This document shows, in pieces, positions 1 through 8,304 of a stretch of DNA of 43,016 bases. This DNA comes from Candidatus Thorarchaeota archaeon (GTDB lineage Archaea > Asgardarchaeota > Thorarchaeia > Thorarchaeales > Thorarchaeaceae): assembly GCA_016840855.1 (NCBI GenBank), contig JAEORO010000011.1, forward strand, positions 1 to 43,016, in the 5' to 3' direction. Position 1 is the stretch's first letter. Each line of letters begins with the position of its first letter. The notes beneath the pieces are model-generated. The model did no database searches, was not told where the DNA came from, and saw nothing but the letters and a program-made list of their open reading frames with translations. A program made the translations under genes and the position numbers.

Positions 1-114
1 ACACCTACAGGTACCACAACACCACCACCATTAGATTGGGTGCTAGTGATGAGCATGATAGGAGTTGCTATCGTTGTGTTACTAATCATTATGATAGTAG
101 TGAAGAAACGATAG
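1..114 (+). CDS. 3' end of a membrane-anchored surface protein (partial)
   Basis: Frame 1 reads TPTGTTTPPPLDWVLVMSMIGVAIVVLLIIMIVVKKR*: Thr/Pro linker, TM helix, basic tail. Confidence 0.8.
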   Translation, partial: TPTGTTTPPPLDWVLVMSMIGVAIVVLLIIMIVVKKR

Positions 115-129
115 TACGAACAATGACAT

Positions 130-169
130 GTGACCAGAAACATACCTGGTCACCGTCTTTTCTTTTTTT
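130..169 (+). terminator. Hairpin plus T-tract terminator
   Basis: GTGACCAG/CTGGTCAC 8-bp stem followed by TCTTTTCTTTTTTT. Confidence 0.65.
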
Positions 170-305
170 AGAACCCGAAAATTGATTGGGAAAAAACAGT
201 AAACCATTCGATTTCCACGCAACTTTGTATAAAAATCGGATGCGCATATGTTCATATGGTTAGGTGTGATGTGTTTCGTAGTATTTCATAGAGAGGGTAA
301 GCAAG

Positions 306-950
306 ATGTCTTACGGGTTGGACGCCAACGACCTGGAGAGAGAGATAGAGATAGGTATCGTCGGTGCCTTTGGATGGGCAGTCATTGAATTTGAAGCCGT
401 GCTTTTCCAGAAGTATATTGTCATGTCAGGACCAAAATCGCTGATAACTGAGGATATGTTCAGAAAGTATCTCATGGATATGGAGGCAAAAGGATACGTT
501 TCTCCACTCGAATTTCAGGGCAAAAAAGCTTGGAGAAGACTTGTTATCGAATCCGATATTGAAGAACCAGCAATGACTCCAGAGGAAGTTAAAGAGTTCA
601 TAGCGAAAGCGCAAACAGCTTCGAAAAAGGACAAGAAGCGAGATGCAGCAGGTGAGCATCGTATCCGGGATTCAAAGAAACTGGCAGAGAGCATCATTAG
701 AACACTTCAACAGGTAATGCCAAAGACCAAGACGCAAAAAGCTCCTTGGGAACCATCGCTCATTGACCATGTCGAAGGGATGCACAGAGCACTTATTGAG
801 TCAAAGGATGAGTTTCTTCGATACTTGAAGAAGAATATTCCACGCGCTTACGAGCCAATGAAAAAGATGCTAAACTCGAATGGGGAGGAAATAATTCTTC
901 TCAGTCTTAGAATGATTGAATCTGGTCAAAGGGTGTATCCGCCATCATAG
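306..950 (+). CDS. Hypothetical protein, possible N-terminal winged helix
   Basis: 214-aa ORF with GAGGG upstream; FRKYLMDMEAKGYV resembles a wHTH helix-wing. Confidence 0.7.
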   Translation: MSYGLDANDLEREIEIGIVGAFGWAVIEFEAVLFQKYIVMSGPKSLITEDMFRKYLMDMEAKGYVSPLEFQGKKAWRRLVIESDIEEPAMTPEEVKEFIAKAQTASKKDKKRDAAGEHRIRDSKKLAESIIRTLQQVMPKTKTQKAPWEPSLIDHVEGMHRALIESKDEFLRYLKKNIPRAYEPMKKMLNSNGEEIILLSLRMIESGQRVYPPS

Positions 951-983
951 AGGTAAATTAGCCTCGTTATTTGAGTCCAATTG

Positions 984-2384
984 TCACTGTCCAACAAGTT
1001 CAGTGCTAGGAAGCATCATAGTGGGCATTATCACGCTAGCATTTCTTCCAGGATTAGAGATTCCATGAATCTCCGGATTGTTTGCAAAGAGCATATCATC
1101 CTTGAGGCATTTGTATAGATTTCCAACCAGCAGAGCATGTTTAATCTGACCTCTTAATTCACCATTTTCTATAATCTGTGCGTTCCGTATTTCATTTGAG
1201 AACGAACCAGAGTTTGGATCTACTTGCGGCCAAGCAAAGTGCTCAATAATCACCCCTTTGTCAATCTCACTGATGATGTCATCTACAGATTTTGAGCCTG
1301 GTGAAACTTCAAGAGTGGTTGGATTACAACTCGCGGGATTTACAAATGCACCATGGACATTACGAGCCCCTCGCCGCATGCCATTACTTGTTGATTCTAA
1401 TTCCAATTGAGCTGCATTGTAACTATCAGATAAATAGGATTTCAACATACCTCTCTCAATGACTGTAGTTTTTTGCATTGGCATTCCTTCATCATCGGTG
1501 AGAGCACTAAGTAATCCTAGTTCCGATAAACCATTATCAATGATAGTCACTGACGCGTGAGCTACAAAATCTCCAACTTTGTCAGTCCATGGACTTGATT
1601 TCTTGTTCACATTTTCTGCAGAGGCTGCTGAACCTATTAGTGAATCAATAAGCTCTGCCCCCTCACTAGGAGCAAGAATTGCAACAATATTCTCCCATTT
1701 CTCGTTGAATGGCTTTGCCTTTAAAACATTCAACGCCTGAGTTTTCAGCTTCAACCCGATTTTTTCAAAATCGATTCTAGTGATATCTCTAGACCAACAC
1801 CTTTGAACGCCTTCACCAACTAAACTTGACGATTCTGACTTCGCAGTGAAGAAACCAAAAACAATTGTTGATTTTGAGCCTGTATCAACACCAAGAGAGT
1901 TCATCACTCTGAAATCTAATGAGCTTGAACGCAGTGTACCATTAGGAACTGTAACATTTTCTGCTCTTGCATTTTCTACTACTAGCATTGCATTCTCTGC
2001 AAGATTGTCACTATCAATTTCAGCTGTTTTTCTGTCGAAGAACTTCTCAGGATTGCCTGATACTTTCTTTGCACTTGGTAATGATTCAAATTTAGGATTA
2101 GATTCACTTACTCTCGCCATTGAACTAGCACGATCTACAAATTCTTCAATTGATTCAAATGTAAGTGTAGAACTTGTATATCCGATTTTTTTGTCAATTA
2201 TGAATTTGAGCCCAAAACCAAGTTCGGTCTGAGAAGTTCCAATTTTTACGATATCATCATCAATATAGACACCAGAGGTTTTCACTAGTATTCCGAAAAC
2301 CTCAGCCTGAGAAGCACCCTTCTTCTCAGCTAATTGCATAACTTTTTGCGTGGTTTTAGATAAGTCCACTTCAACCGCCTCCAA
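984..2384 (-). CDS. pmbA: PmbA/TldE family protein
   Basis: TldD/PmbA motifs (DDEGMP, STSNGMR, GSFS, IENGEL) without HExxxH; overlaps tldD stop. Confidence 0.85.
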   Translation of the reverse strand: MEAVEVDLSKTTQKVMQLAEKKGASQAEVFGILVKTSGVYIDDDIVKIGTSQTELGFGLKFIIDKKIGYTSSTLTFESIEEFVDRASSMARVSESNPKFESLPSAKKVSGNPEKFFDRKTAEIDSDNLAENAMLVVENARAENVTVPNGTLRSSSLDFRVMNSLGVDTGSKSTIVFGFFTAKSESSSLVGEGVQRCWSRDITRIDFEKIGLKLKTQALNVLKAKPFNEKWENIVAILAPSEGAELIDSLIGSAASAENVNKKSSPWTDKVGDFVAHASVTIIDNGLSELGLLSALTDDEGMPMQKTTVIERGMLKSYLSDSYNAAQLELESTSNGMRRGARNVHGAFVNPASCNPTTLEVSPGSKSVDDIISEIDKGVIIEHFAWPQVDPNSGSFSNEIRNAQIIENGELRGQIKHALLVGNLYKCLKDDMLFANNPEIHGISNPGRNASVIMPTMMLPSTELVGQ

Positions 2385-3759
2385 CGATAAGCTCTAGCCT
2401 CATATGTGGTCCTCCAGATGATACTGGAATGAAATCTTCTTCACCTTTTCCACAGGTTCCACCATTGAATGATAATTTATTTCCAACAGCGTCTACTGTT
2501 TTTAGCATCTCCAGAACTTTGCCGGCAATTGAAAGACGTCTAACAAGCTGAGTCTTTTCCCCATTTTTAATAATGTAACCTTTCAAAGCTGTTGCTTGAA
2601 CACCCCCACCAACGACATCCTCCATACCTGATGTGCCTTTTATAATATACAGCCCATCTTTAGTATCAGTAATAATTTCATCATCTTTCCAATCCCCAAT
2701 GTCAAAGAATGTATTAGTCATTCTAGCAAAAATGCGACGGTTGTAGTCTTGCGCTCTACCATTCCCAGTAGGTTTTACACCCATAAGATATGCTGTTTCA
2801 ATCGTATGAAGATAGCCTTTGAAAATACCATCTTCTATGATTGGCGTCCTTGAAGTTGGTGTACCTTCGGAATCAAAAGGTATACTTCCTGAAGGACCTT
2901 TGAGTGTACCATCATCGAACATTGAAACTTGTTCACCAGCGACTTCTTTCCCTACAAGATTGGAAAGAAATGAGCGGCCTTTAACGACTTCGTCAGCCTC
3001 ACTTCCATGTCCACAAACCTCGTGAGCTATCAACCCAGCGATATTGCCATCAATAACAGCAGTGACTTTTCCGGAAGGTGGTTTCTTGGCAGAAAGGAGG
3101 TCGATTGCACCTCTAGCAGTTTTGGAGCTAAATTCTTCAGGGTCTATACTTCTGACAACTTCATAGCCCGCGGTTCCATCAACGATATCATAATCGAATT
3201 GGATGTTACTTCCCTCTCTAGCTACAGATTGGGCAATCACACGAATTCGTGCTTCATCCCATTCTAACTTCGACCCCGCTGTGTTAACTAATCTATAGAT
3301 TCTTCGTGCATCAGAGTAAACTGAGTTTGAGGCCACTATCTTGTCATCAATTTTCTGAGCTTTATCGAGATTCATAACAAGCTCAATCTTTTCTTCTATT
3401 GATACATTGCTAGGATTCTCTTTGACTTTTTGCCAGACTGTTTCCTCGATGCCCTCGACTCCAGAGAGGTCAATCTTCTTTCTCGAATATTTAGCCGAAG
3501 CTTTTGCCATCTTTGAGGCGTCTATAAGAAGGTCCAGATATCCTTTCTCTGAGAGAGGTAAGGATGAGGACGAAGCTCCCCAGCATTCACCAACTAATGT
3601 ACGGGCTACTGCACCAGCTGCAGAAGCACGATTAAAACTGAGAAGATTTCCATTTGTTACAAAAAAGTTTGTACTTGATCGGTCTTCAACTCTAAGGTCT
3701 GCAAATGAAACGTCCTTGTCGGAGAATGCATCAATAGCGTTTTTCATAGTGTCTAGCAT
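2371..3759 (-). CDS. tldD: TldD family metalloprotease
   Basis: HEVCGHGSEAD metal motif, FDSEG, TGNGRA, RMTNT, CGK and GGPH motifs. Confidence 0.92.
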   Translation of the reverse strand: MLDTMKNAIDAFSDKDVSFADLRVEDRSSTNFFVTNGNLLSFNRASAAGAVARTLVGECWGASSSSLPLSEKGYLDLLIDASKMAKASAKYSRKKIDLSGVEGIEETVWQKVKENPSNVSIEEKIELVMNLDKAQKIDDKIVASNSVYSDARRIYRLVNTAGSKLEWDEARIRVIAQSVAREGSNIQFDYDIVDGTAGYEVVRSIDPEEFSSKTARGAIDLLSAKKPPSGKVTAVIDGNIAGLIAHEVCGHGSEADEVVKGRSFLSNLVGKEVAGEQVSMFDDGTLKGPSGSIPFDSEGTPTSRTPIIEDGIFKGYLHTIETAYLMGVKPTGNGRAQDYNRRIFARMTNTFFDIGDWKDDEIITDTKDGLYIIKGTSGMEDVVGGGVQATALKGYIIKNGEKTQLVRRLSIAGKVLEMLKTVDAVGNKLSFNGGTCGKGEEDFIPVSSGGPHMRLELIVGGG

Positions 3760-3841
3760 TGAAGGTCACAGGTTTGCGAATTTAGTAATGAGATAAGTCT
3801 TTGGAGCCCCGCAACCAAGCTGTAACAAGAGTGAAAGATTG

Positions 3842-4765
3842 TCAGAAGTAGATCTTTCCCTTCATGACTGTAACTCCAGTTCCACTCACTTTAACTTGAT
3901 CAATACTCTCCTGATTACCGCGGACTTCAACAAAGATTTTCCCGGGTCTCTCAACATAATGGCCCTGCTCAATAACGATACTCGTTACTGGATAGGTTGC
4001 TTCCATTAACCCGTACTTAATCAAATAGCTACCAAGGCTTCCTGCGGCTGAACCTGAAATGGGATCCTCATAAACACCTAAGGCAGGAGCAAAATGCCTG
4101 ACTTGAGCATCAGATGTAGGTTCGCGTGTGTCCCTAGTAAAAACACTCATCGACACATAATCTGATGCTGCCTGCAATTCTTTGAGTCTTTCCCAATTAG
4201 GTTTGATTTTATCTAATGACCTATGTGTAGAAACTGGAACCATTAAATGAGGAGTTCCTGTACTCACAGTCTGGATTGGGTTTGGAGAATGAATGTCAGC
4301 CAATGACAATCCAAGAGCCTCAAGATATTCCTTAGGGTCGTATGTTTCCATGAACTGTGGTTTCTTGTGTGTAATCTGTATCTCATGATGTCCAGTCGAT
4401 TCATTTCTCACAATCTCTATGTCAAAAATCCCGCTGCTAGTTTCTAGACGCACCATGGTGATGTCGCTAACTAGCTCAATGTAGCCTTCTTCCACCAGAG
4501 CATAAAATGCGGCAATCGTAGGGTGTCCAGAGAAACCTATCTGACTCTTTGGAGTCATGTATCGAAAGTAGAAATCAGCCACTTTGGATTTAGAAACGAA
4601 CACGGTTTCTCTTACATTCATTTCACGCGCAATCATATGCATAGTTTTTTCACTGACATGGTCAGCATCTAAGACCACAGCTGCAGGATTTCCTCCGAAT
4701 GGTGTATCTGTGAAAGCATCAACCTGAATCACATCAAGAGCACGTTTACTAGACATGAACATCAA
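3842..4765 (-). CDS. PhzF/YddE family isomerase
   Basis: QVDAFTDTPFGGNPAAV, ETVF, FSGHPT, EDPISGSA, IEQG motifs; true start may be a few codons later. Confidence 0.9.
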   Translation of the reverse strand: MMFMSSKRALDVIQVDAFTDTPFGGNPAAVVLDADHVSEKTMHMIAREMNVRETVFVSKSKVADFYFRYMTPKSQIGFSGHPTIAAFYALVEEGYIELVSDITMVRLETSSGIFDIEIVRNESTGHHEIQITHKKPQFMETYDPKEYLEALGLSLADIHSPNPIQTVSTGTPHLMVPVSTHRSLDKIKPNWERLKELQAASDYVSMSVFTRDTREPTSDAQVRHFAPALGVYEDPISGSAAGSLGSYLIKYGLMEATYPVTSIVIEQGHYVERPGKIFVEVRGNQESIDQVKVSGTGVTVMKGKIYF

Positions 4766-4874
4766 CTTGATGGAGAATTCGCTTAGTTACTTTTTAAGAA
4801 TTCCATAGGGATGGAAAAATAAAGTATGACAAGATAAGATTCGTGCTTTAAGTATCACAACCGACTTGCAGATG

Positions 4875-5010
4875 GATGAGGTGGCGAGCACGTGGGAATC
4901 GTGGTAGGAGGGGGGAGTTTCGTAATTGAGGGCATGTAACGAAAAACTAGCCCACACGCTCGCCTTTGATTTTACTTTAATACGGTTTATGCCCGTTCAG
5001 TCCTACTTAG
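4875..5010 (-). ncRNA. Candidate structured ncRNA or leader (unassigned)
   Basis: 14-bp helix GGCGAGCGUGUGGG/CCCACGUGCUCGCC (two G-U on minus strand), inner stem UUUCGU/ACGAAA, TATA-like CTTTAATA near 5040. Confidence 0.5.
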
Positions 5011-5197
5011 ATTGTTATTAACTCTATAATCTACTTATTAAAGTTTGTTTTGGTACTGGGAAAATTCACAAAATTACATGGCGCCAAACCTCATAGAAAT
5101 GCAATTTTAGGGGTGTGATTCCTAGTGAATCTTGTTTTCATGTTTTTTAATTTTCTTACTTAAAGTTCGATGTTGTATCTAAGTAAAAAGTTAGAAT

Positions 5198-5245
5198 AGA
5201 AAAAGGAGGGGGTGATATGTGCCACTTTAATTAGACACAATCACC
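5198..5245 (-). terminator. Hairpin plus U-tract downstream of tes
   Basis: GGUGAU-UGUGUC...GGCACA-UAUCACC followed by CCCUCCUUUUU. Confidence 0.55.
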
Positions 5246-5258
5246 ATTCGAACAACAT

Positions 5259-6908
5259 CTATGATTCACTGCTATAGGGTTTGGAAATACTTTCTTCTTC
5301 AACCTGATTTGGTTTGTGACCAGAACGCCACTCCTCAATTGTCTTGGAGAATTTCTCTTCCACTCGGGAACGGTGGATTGTGTTCATTGTACAGAAGGGG
5401 ATAATTCTTCCATCAGGAACAGAATAGTTGATGTCGCAATGTTGCACACGCTCGAGATCAAAGTTGTAAGGATCTTGGAAATGCATCATACCAATCATAA
5501 TGATTCGTCGCATCAGCTTGGCAAGTGATTCATAATCACCACGGTTAAGAAATGCACTTAGTAGGTCCTTGATGAGCCCTTTCTTCTTTATGTGACGAGC
5601 TCCAGCAGCAAGTTTCGCCTTGGCTCTTGTACTTGCACCTCTTGCCCCATCAGCATAGAGGTTAGCAATCTCTTCGAGCAATACCAAGAATTTGTCAACA
5701 TCAATCAAGTCCGTAATTGGTTTGTAATCACCATCATCATCTATGTAGATGAAAGTAGCCATTCCGCAAGCAAAGTGAGAACTTAATTCAAGGTCTGGAC
5801 CACCTTTGATAAGACCGAGCGCTCGACCAACAGGCATCATTGATGGTACAGGATACCATTCGGTATGTGGAATTTTGCCGCCAGTCTGTTTTTCAATGAG
5901 ATGAATTGCATCAGGAATTGTGATTCGCATCTCGTGACGCGCAGTATGATCAATACGCCCAGTAATACTAACTGGTTGGAAATTAACACATCTCACAACA
6001 TCTCGGTTTTCCACCGCAAATTCAATAATACCACCTAGTTGATCATCATTGACTCCACGAACTACAGTTGGCACTAAAACCAGAGATTCCATTCCAACCT
6101 CGCGTGCATTCTGGATGGCTTGTTTTTTCAGAGGAAGGAGGTTTGTGCCACGTGCTGCAAGATATGGGTCAGGAGTAATACCATCAAACTGCATGTAAAT
6201 AGTGGACAAACCAGCATCACGAAGTTCCTGGAGATACTCTTTACTCTTGCCGATTCGTATTACATTACTCGCAATCTGAACATGTCTAAACCCAAGTTGT
6301 TTTGCCCATTTGATGTATTGTGGGAGGTGCTTGCTAACTGTTGGTTCACCACCTGCAAACTGAATAGCTGGTGCTGGAACTGGTAAATTACTTCGAAGAT
6401 TCTGCATCATATCAAAGACTTCTTGGGGCTCTGGCTCATAGACGGTACCACCTTCAGCAGCAACAGCAAAACAAATTGGACATCGGAGATTACATCGATT
6501 TGTTACATCTAAAAGGGCAAGGGCAGTATGAGATTTGTGCTCCGGGCATTGACCACAGTCTTCTGGACACCCTTTCACAGTTTCAGTTCGGGGATTATCA
6601 AGTCCAATTGACTTATACCACCATTTCTGAGCCTTCTTGAACATTTCAGCATCGCCCCAGTAGACATCGACAAACTCACCATGTTCCTCACAGGTCTTCT
6701 TGTACATAACCTTCCCATCTTCTTCATATAGTGTCGCGTCAATCACGTGGACTTTATCATCTGTCAAGAAACATTCAGGGCATATGGATTGTGTCGTGTA
6801 TGGAAGTTCCTTGACTGGATATCTCTCAACATGATACCTTGAGATTGGTCCGCCATCCTCATGCTTGATCGGGACTTCAGGGATTCGTTTAACTTCATCA
6901 GTAGCCAT
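5259..6908 (-). CDS. tes: Radical SAM tetraether lipid synthase (Tes / GDGT-MAS, MJ0619 family)
   Basis: N-terminal CPEC...CEEHG, CPEDCGQCPEH cluster, CNLRCPICF radical SAM motif, C-terminal HCDINY...IIPFCTMN; GGAGTGA RBS. Confidence 0.85.
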   Translation of the reverse strand: MATDEVKRIPEVPIKHEDGGPISRYHVERYPVKELPYTTQSICPECFLTDDKVHVIDATLYEEDGKVMYKKTCEEHGEFVDVYWGDAEMFKKAQKWWYKSIGLDNPRTETVKGCPEDCGQCPEHKSHTALALLDVTNRCNLRCPICFAVAAEGGTVYEPEPQEVFDMMQNLRSNLPVPAPAIQFAGGEPTVSKHLPQYIKWAKQLGFRHVQIASNVIRIGKSKEYLQELRDAGLSTIYMQFDGITPDPYLAARGTNLLPLKKQAIQNAREVGMESLVLVPTVVRGVNDDQLGGIIEFAVENRDVVRCVNFQPVSITGRIDHTARHEMRITIPDAIHLIEKQTGGKIPHTEWYPVPSMMPVGRALGLIKGGPDLELSSHFACGMATFIYIDDDGDYKPITDLIDVDKFLVLLEEIANLYADGARGASTRAKAKLAAGARHIKKKGLIKDLLSAFLNRGDYESLAKLMRRIIMIGMMHFQDPYNFDLERVQHCDINYSVPDGRIIPFCTMNTIHRSRVEEKFSKTIEEWRSGHKPNQVEEESISKPYSSES

Positions 6909-7030
6909 AATAATTCACTCCATGACCACATGGAACCACCACTAAACAGGGTGGTATTCACAAAATCAAGTGGAAAAAATCCGTATAAAAGCGCTTCCCG
7001 AATTTTCAGAGTATGTAAAGTGAGCTATCT

Positions 7031-7348
7031 TTAATCTGTTTCATCTGAAGAGAGAACATAACCTTGAGTAAATCCACCACGCGCAAGAAGTTTGGTATGA
7101 CGCTGGAGCTCAATTAAGGCTACGTCAGCTTTCCTAAGTTTGAGAAGTGCATCGATGGCTTCTTGGATATCGACCAGCTCTTCAGTATCACCTGAGAAAA
7201 GGAATTCCTTTGCCTCTTCAACGATTTTTTCACGAAGAAGTACATCAAGCTCATCAGGTCCTGCGACTCGAATCTTAGGGTTTCCACCATTTTCACGTAT
7301 TATCTCTGGCACCTTATCTCGTACTAGTTTTTCTTTCAAAATAACCAC
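7031..7348 (-). CDS. MazG-like nucleoside triphosphate pyrophosphohydrolase
   Basis: KLVRDKVPEII, EEAKEF, EELVD, RGGF motifs. Confidence 0.85.
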   Translation of the reverse strand: MVILKEKLVRDKVPEIIRENGGNPKIRVAGPDELDVLLREKIVEEAKEFLFSGDTEELVDIQEAIDALLKLRKADVALIELQRHTKLLARGGFTQGYVLSSDETD

Positions 7349-7355
7349 CCATCCT

Positions 7356-8039
7356 TTACTTTAAAGCAAGTGCAACTTCAACCTGATATCTAGCATGAGC
7401 AAGAAAAGCATCAACAGCTAGTTCGATTGCTCCTGGAAGTTCTGTTATCCATGGATTCTCAGCACCTCTTGGTGTTGATGCAGTCATTGCTGTGAAGGGG
7501 AGAAATTTGACATTGAGTGAATTATCAAAGGAAATTGTTCCTTGCCATTGACCTTCACCGTCGACAATCTCATAAGTTGGAAGGAACTTCTTCATTTCTT
7601 CAGGAACTATGGCATTCCAATAGATAGACAGCCCATTGAATTGCTCGGGACCACCAACAATTATATTGTAGGTATCTAGTGTTGCATTTGCAGTGACAAG
7701 CTTGTATAGAATACCAATTCGGCAGTTCAAACATTGATTGAACTCAATACCATCGCCAGAAGATTCAACATAAGCGATACCGTTCTTCTCAATATTATCA
7801 TCATTACAATGGACACAGAGATTCATTCCCCATCTCACTTCAAGATGATCCTTGAACGGACCCTTCGTAAATCGATCTGCAGCTTCATAAAATGAAGCTT
7901 TCACAGCCTCTGTTCCTTCTTGGTCCATCTTTATTCGAATAGCTTTCCAGACCTCAAGAAGATCTTGCCAGAGAACATTGAAAATCATGTCCGCAAGTTT
8001 GTCAAGAGATCTTTCTTCCAGAGCACTCATTGCATACAC
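7356..8039 (-). CDS. Hypothetical protein with CxxC...CxxC zinc-ribbon-like motif
   Basis: 227-aa ORF; CVHC and CLNC pairs; 7 nt from the next gene. Confidence 0.7.
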   Translation of the reverse strand: MYAMSALEERSLDKLADMIFNVLWQDLLEVWKAIRIKMDQEGTEAVKASFYEAADRFTKGPFKDHLEVRWGMNLCVHCNDDNIEKNGIAYVESSGDGIEFNQCLNCRIGILYKLVTANATLDTYNIIVGGPEQFNGLSIYWNAIVPEEMKKFLPTYEIVDGEGQWQGTISFDNSLNVKFLPFTAMTASTPRGAENPWITELPGAIELAVDAFLAHARYQVEVALALK

Positions 8040-8146
8040 TTCACAAAAGATGGATTAGAAATTTCAATTAAACATTGGTTGGACCTCCTGATGGTCAAAA
8101 GGTTTTAACCTAAGGTTTTTTAACTGAGTCAAGATGTGATACCAAA

Positions 8147-8253
8147 GAGCGAATAGGTGAGAAAAGTTGGAAAGGACGGATTGCCAAATCAACTGAATCA
8201 GAAGACCACCCTCTGAGTCTATATTCTAGAAAATTCTCACCTTCAAAATGCTC
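8147..8253 (+). promoter_or_regulatory. Structured ileS 5' leader (cloverleaf-like)
   Basis: AGGUGAGAA (8155-8163)/UUCUCACCU (8234-8242) encloses three hairpins; TTTTTTAA box near 8120. Confidence 0.4.
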
Positions 8254-8304
8254 AATGAAATTCTATGGATGCTTCAAACATTATCGAAGTGAGAGGATAT
8301 TGAC

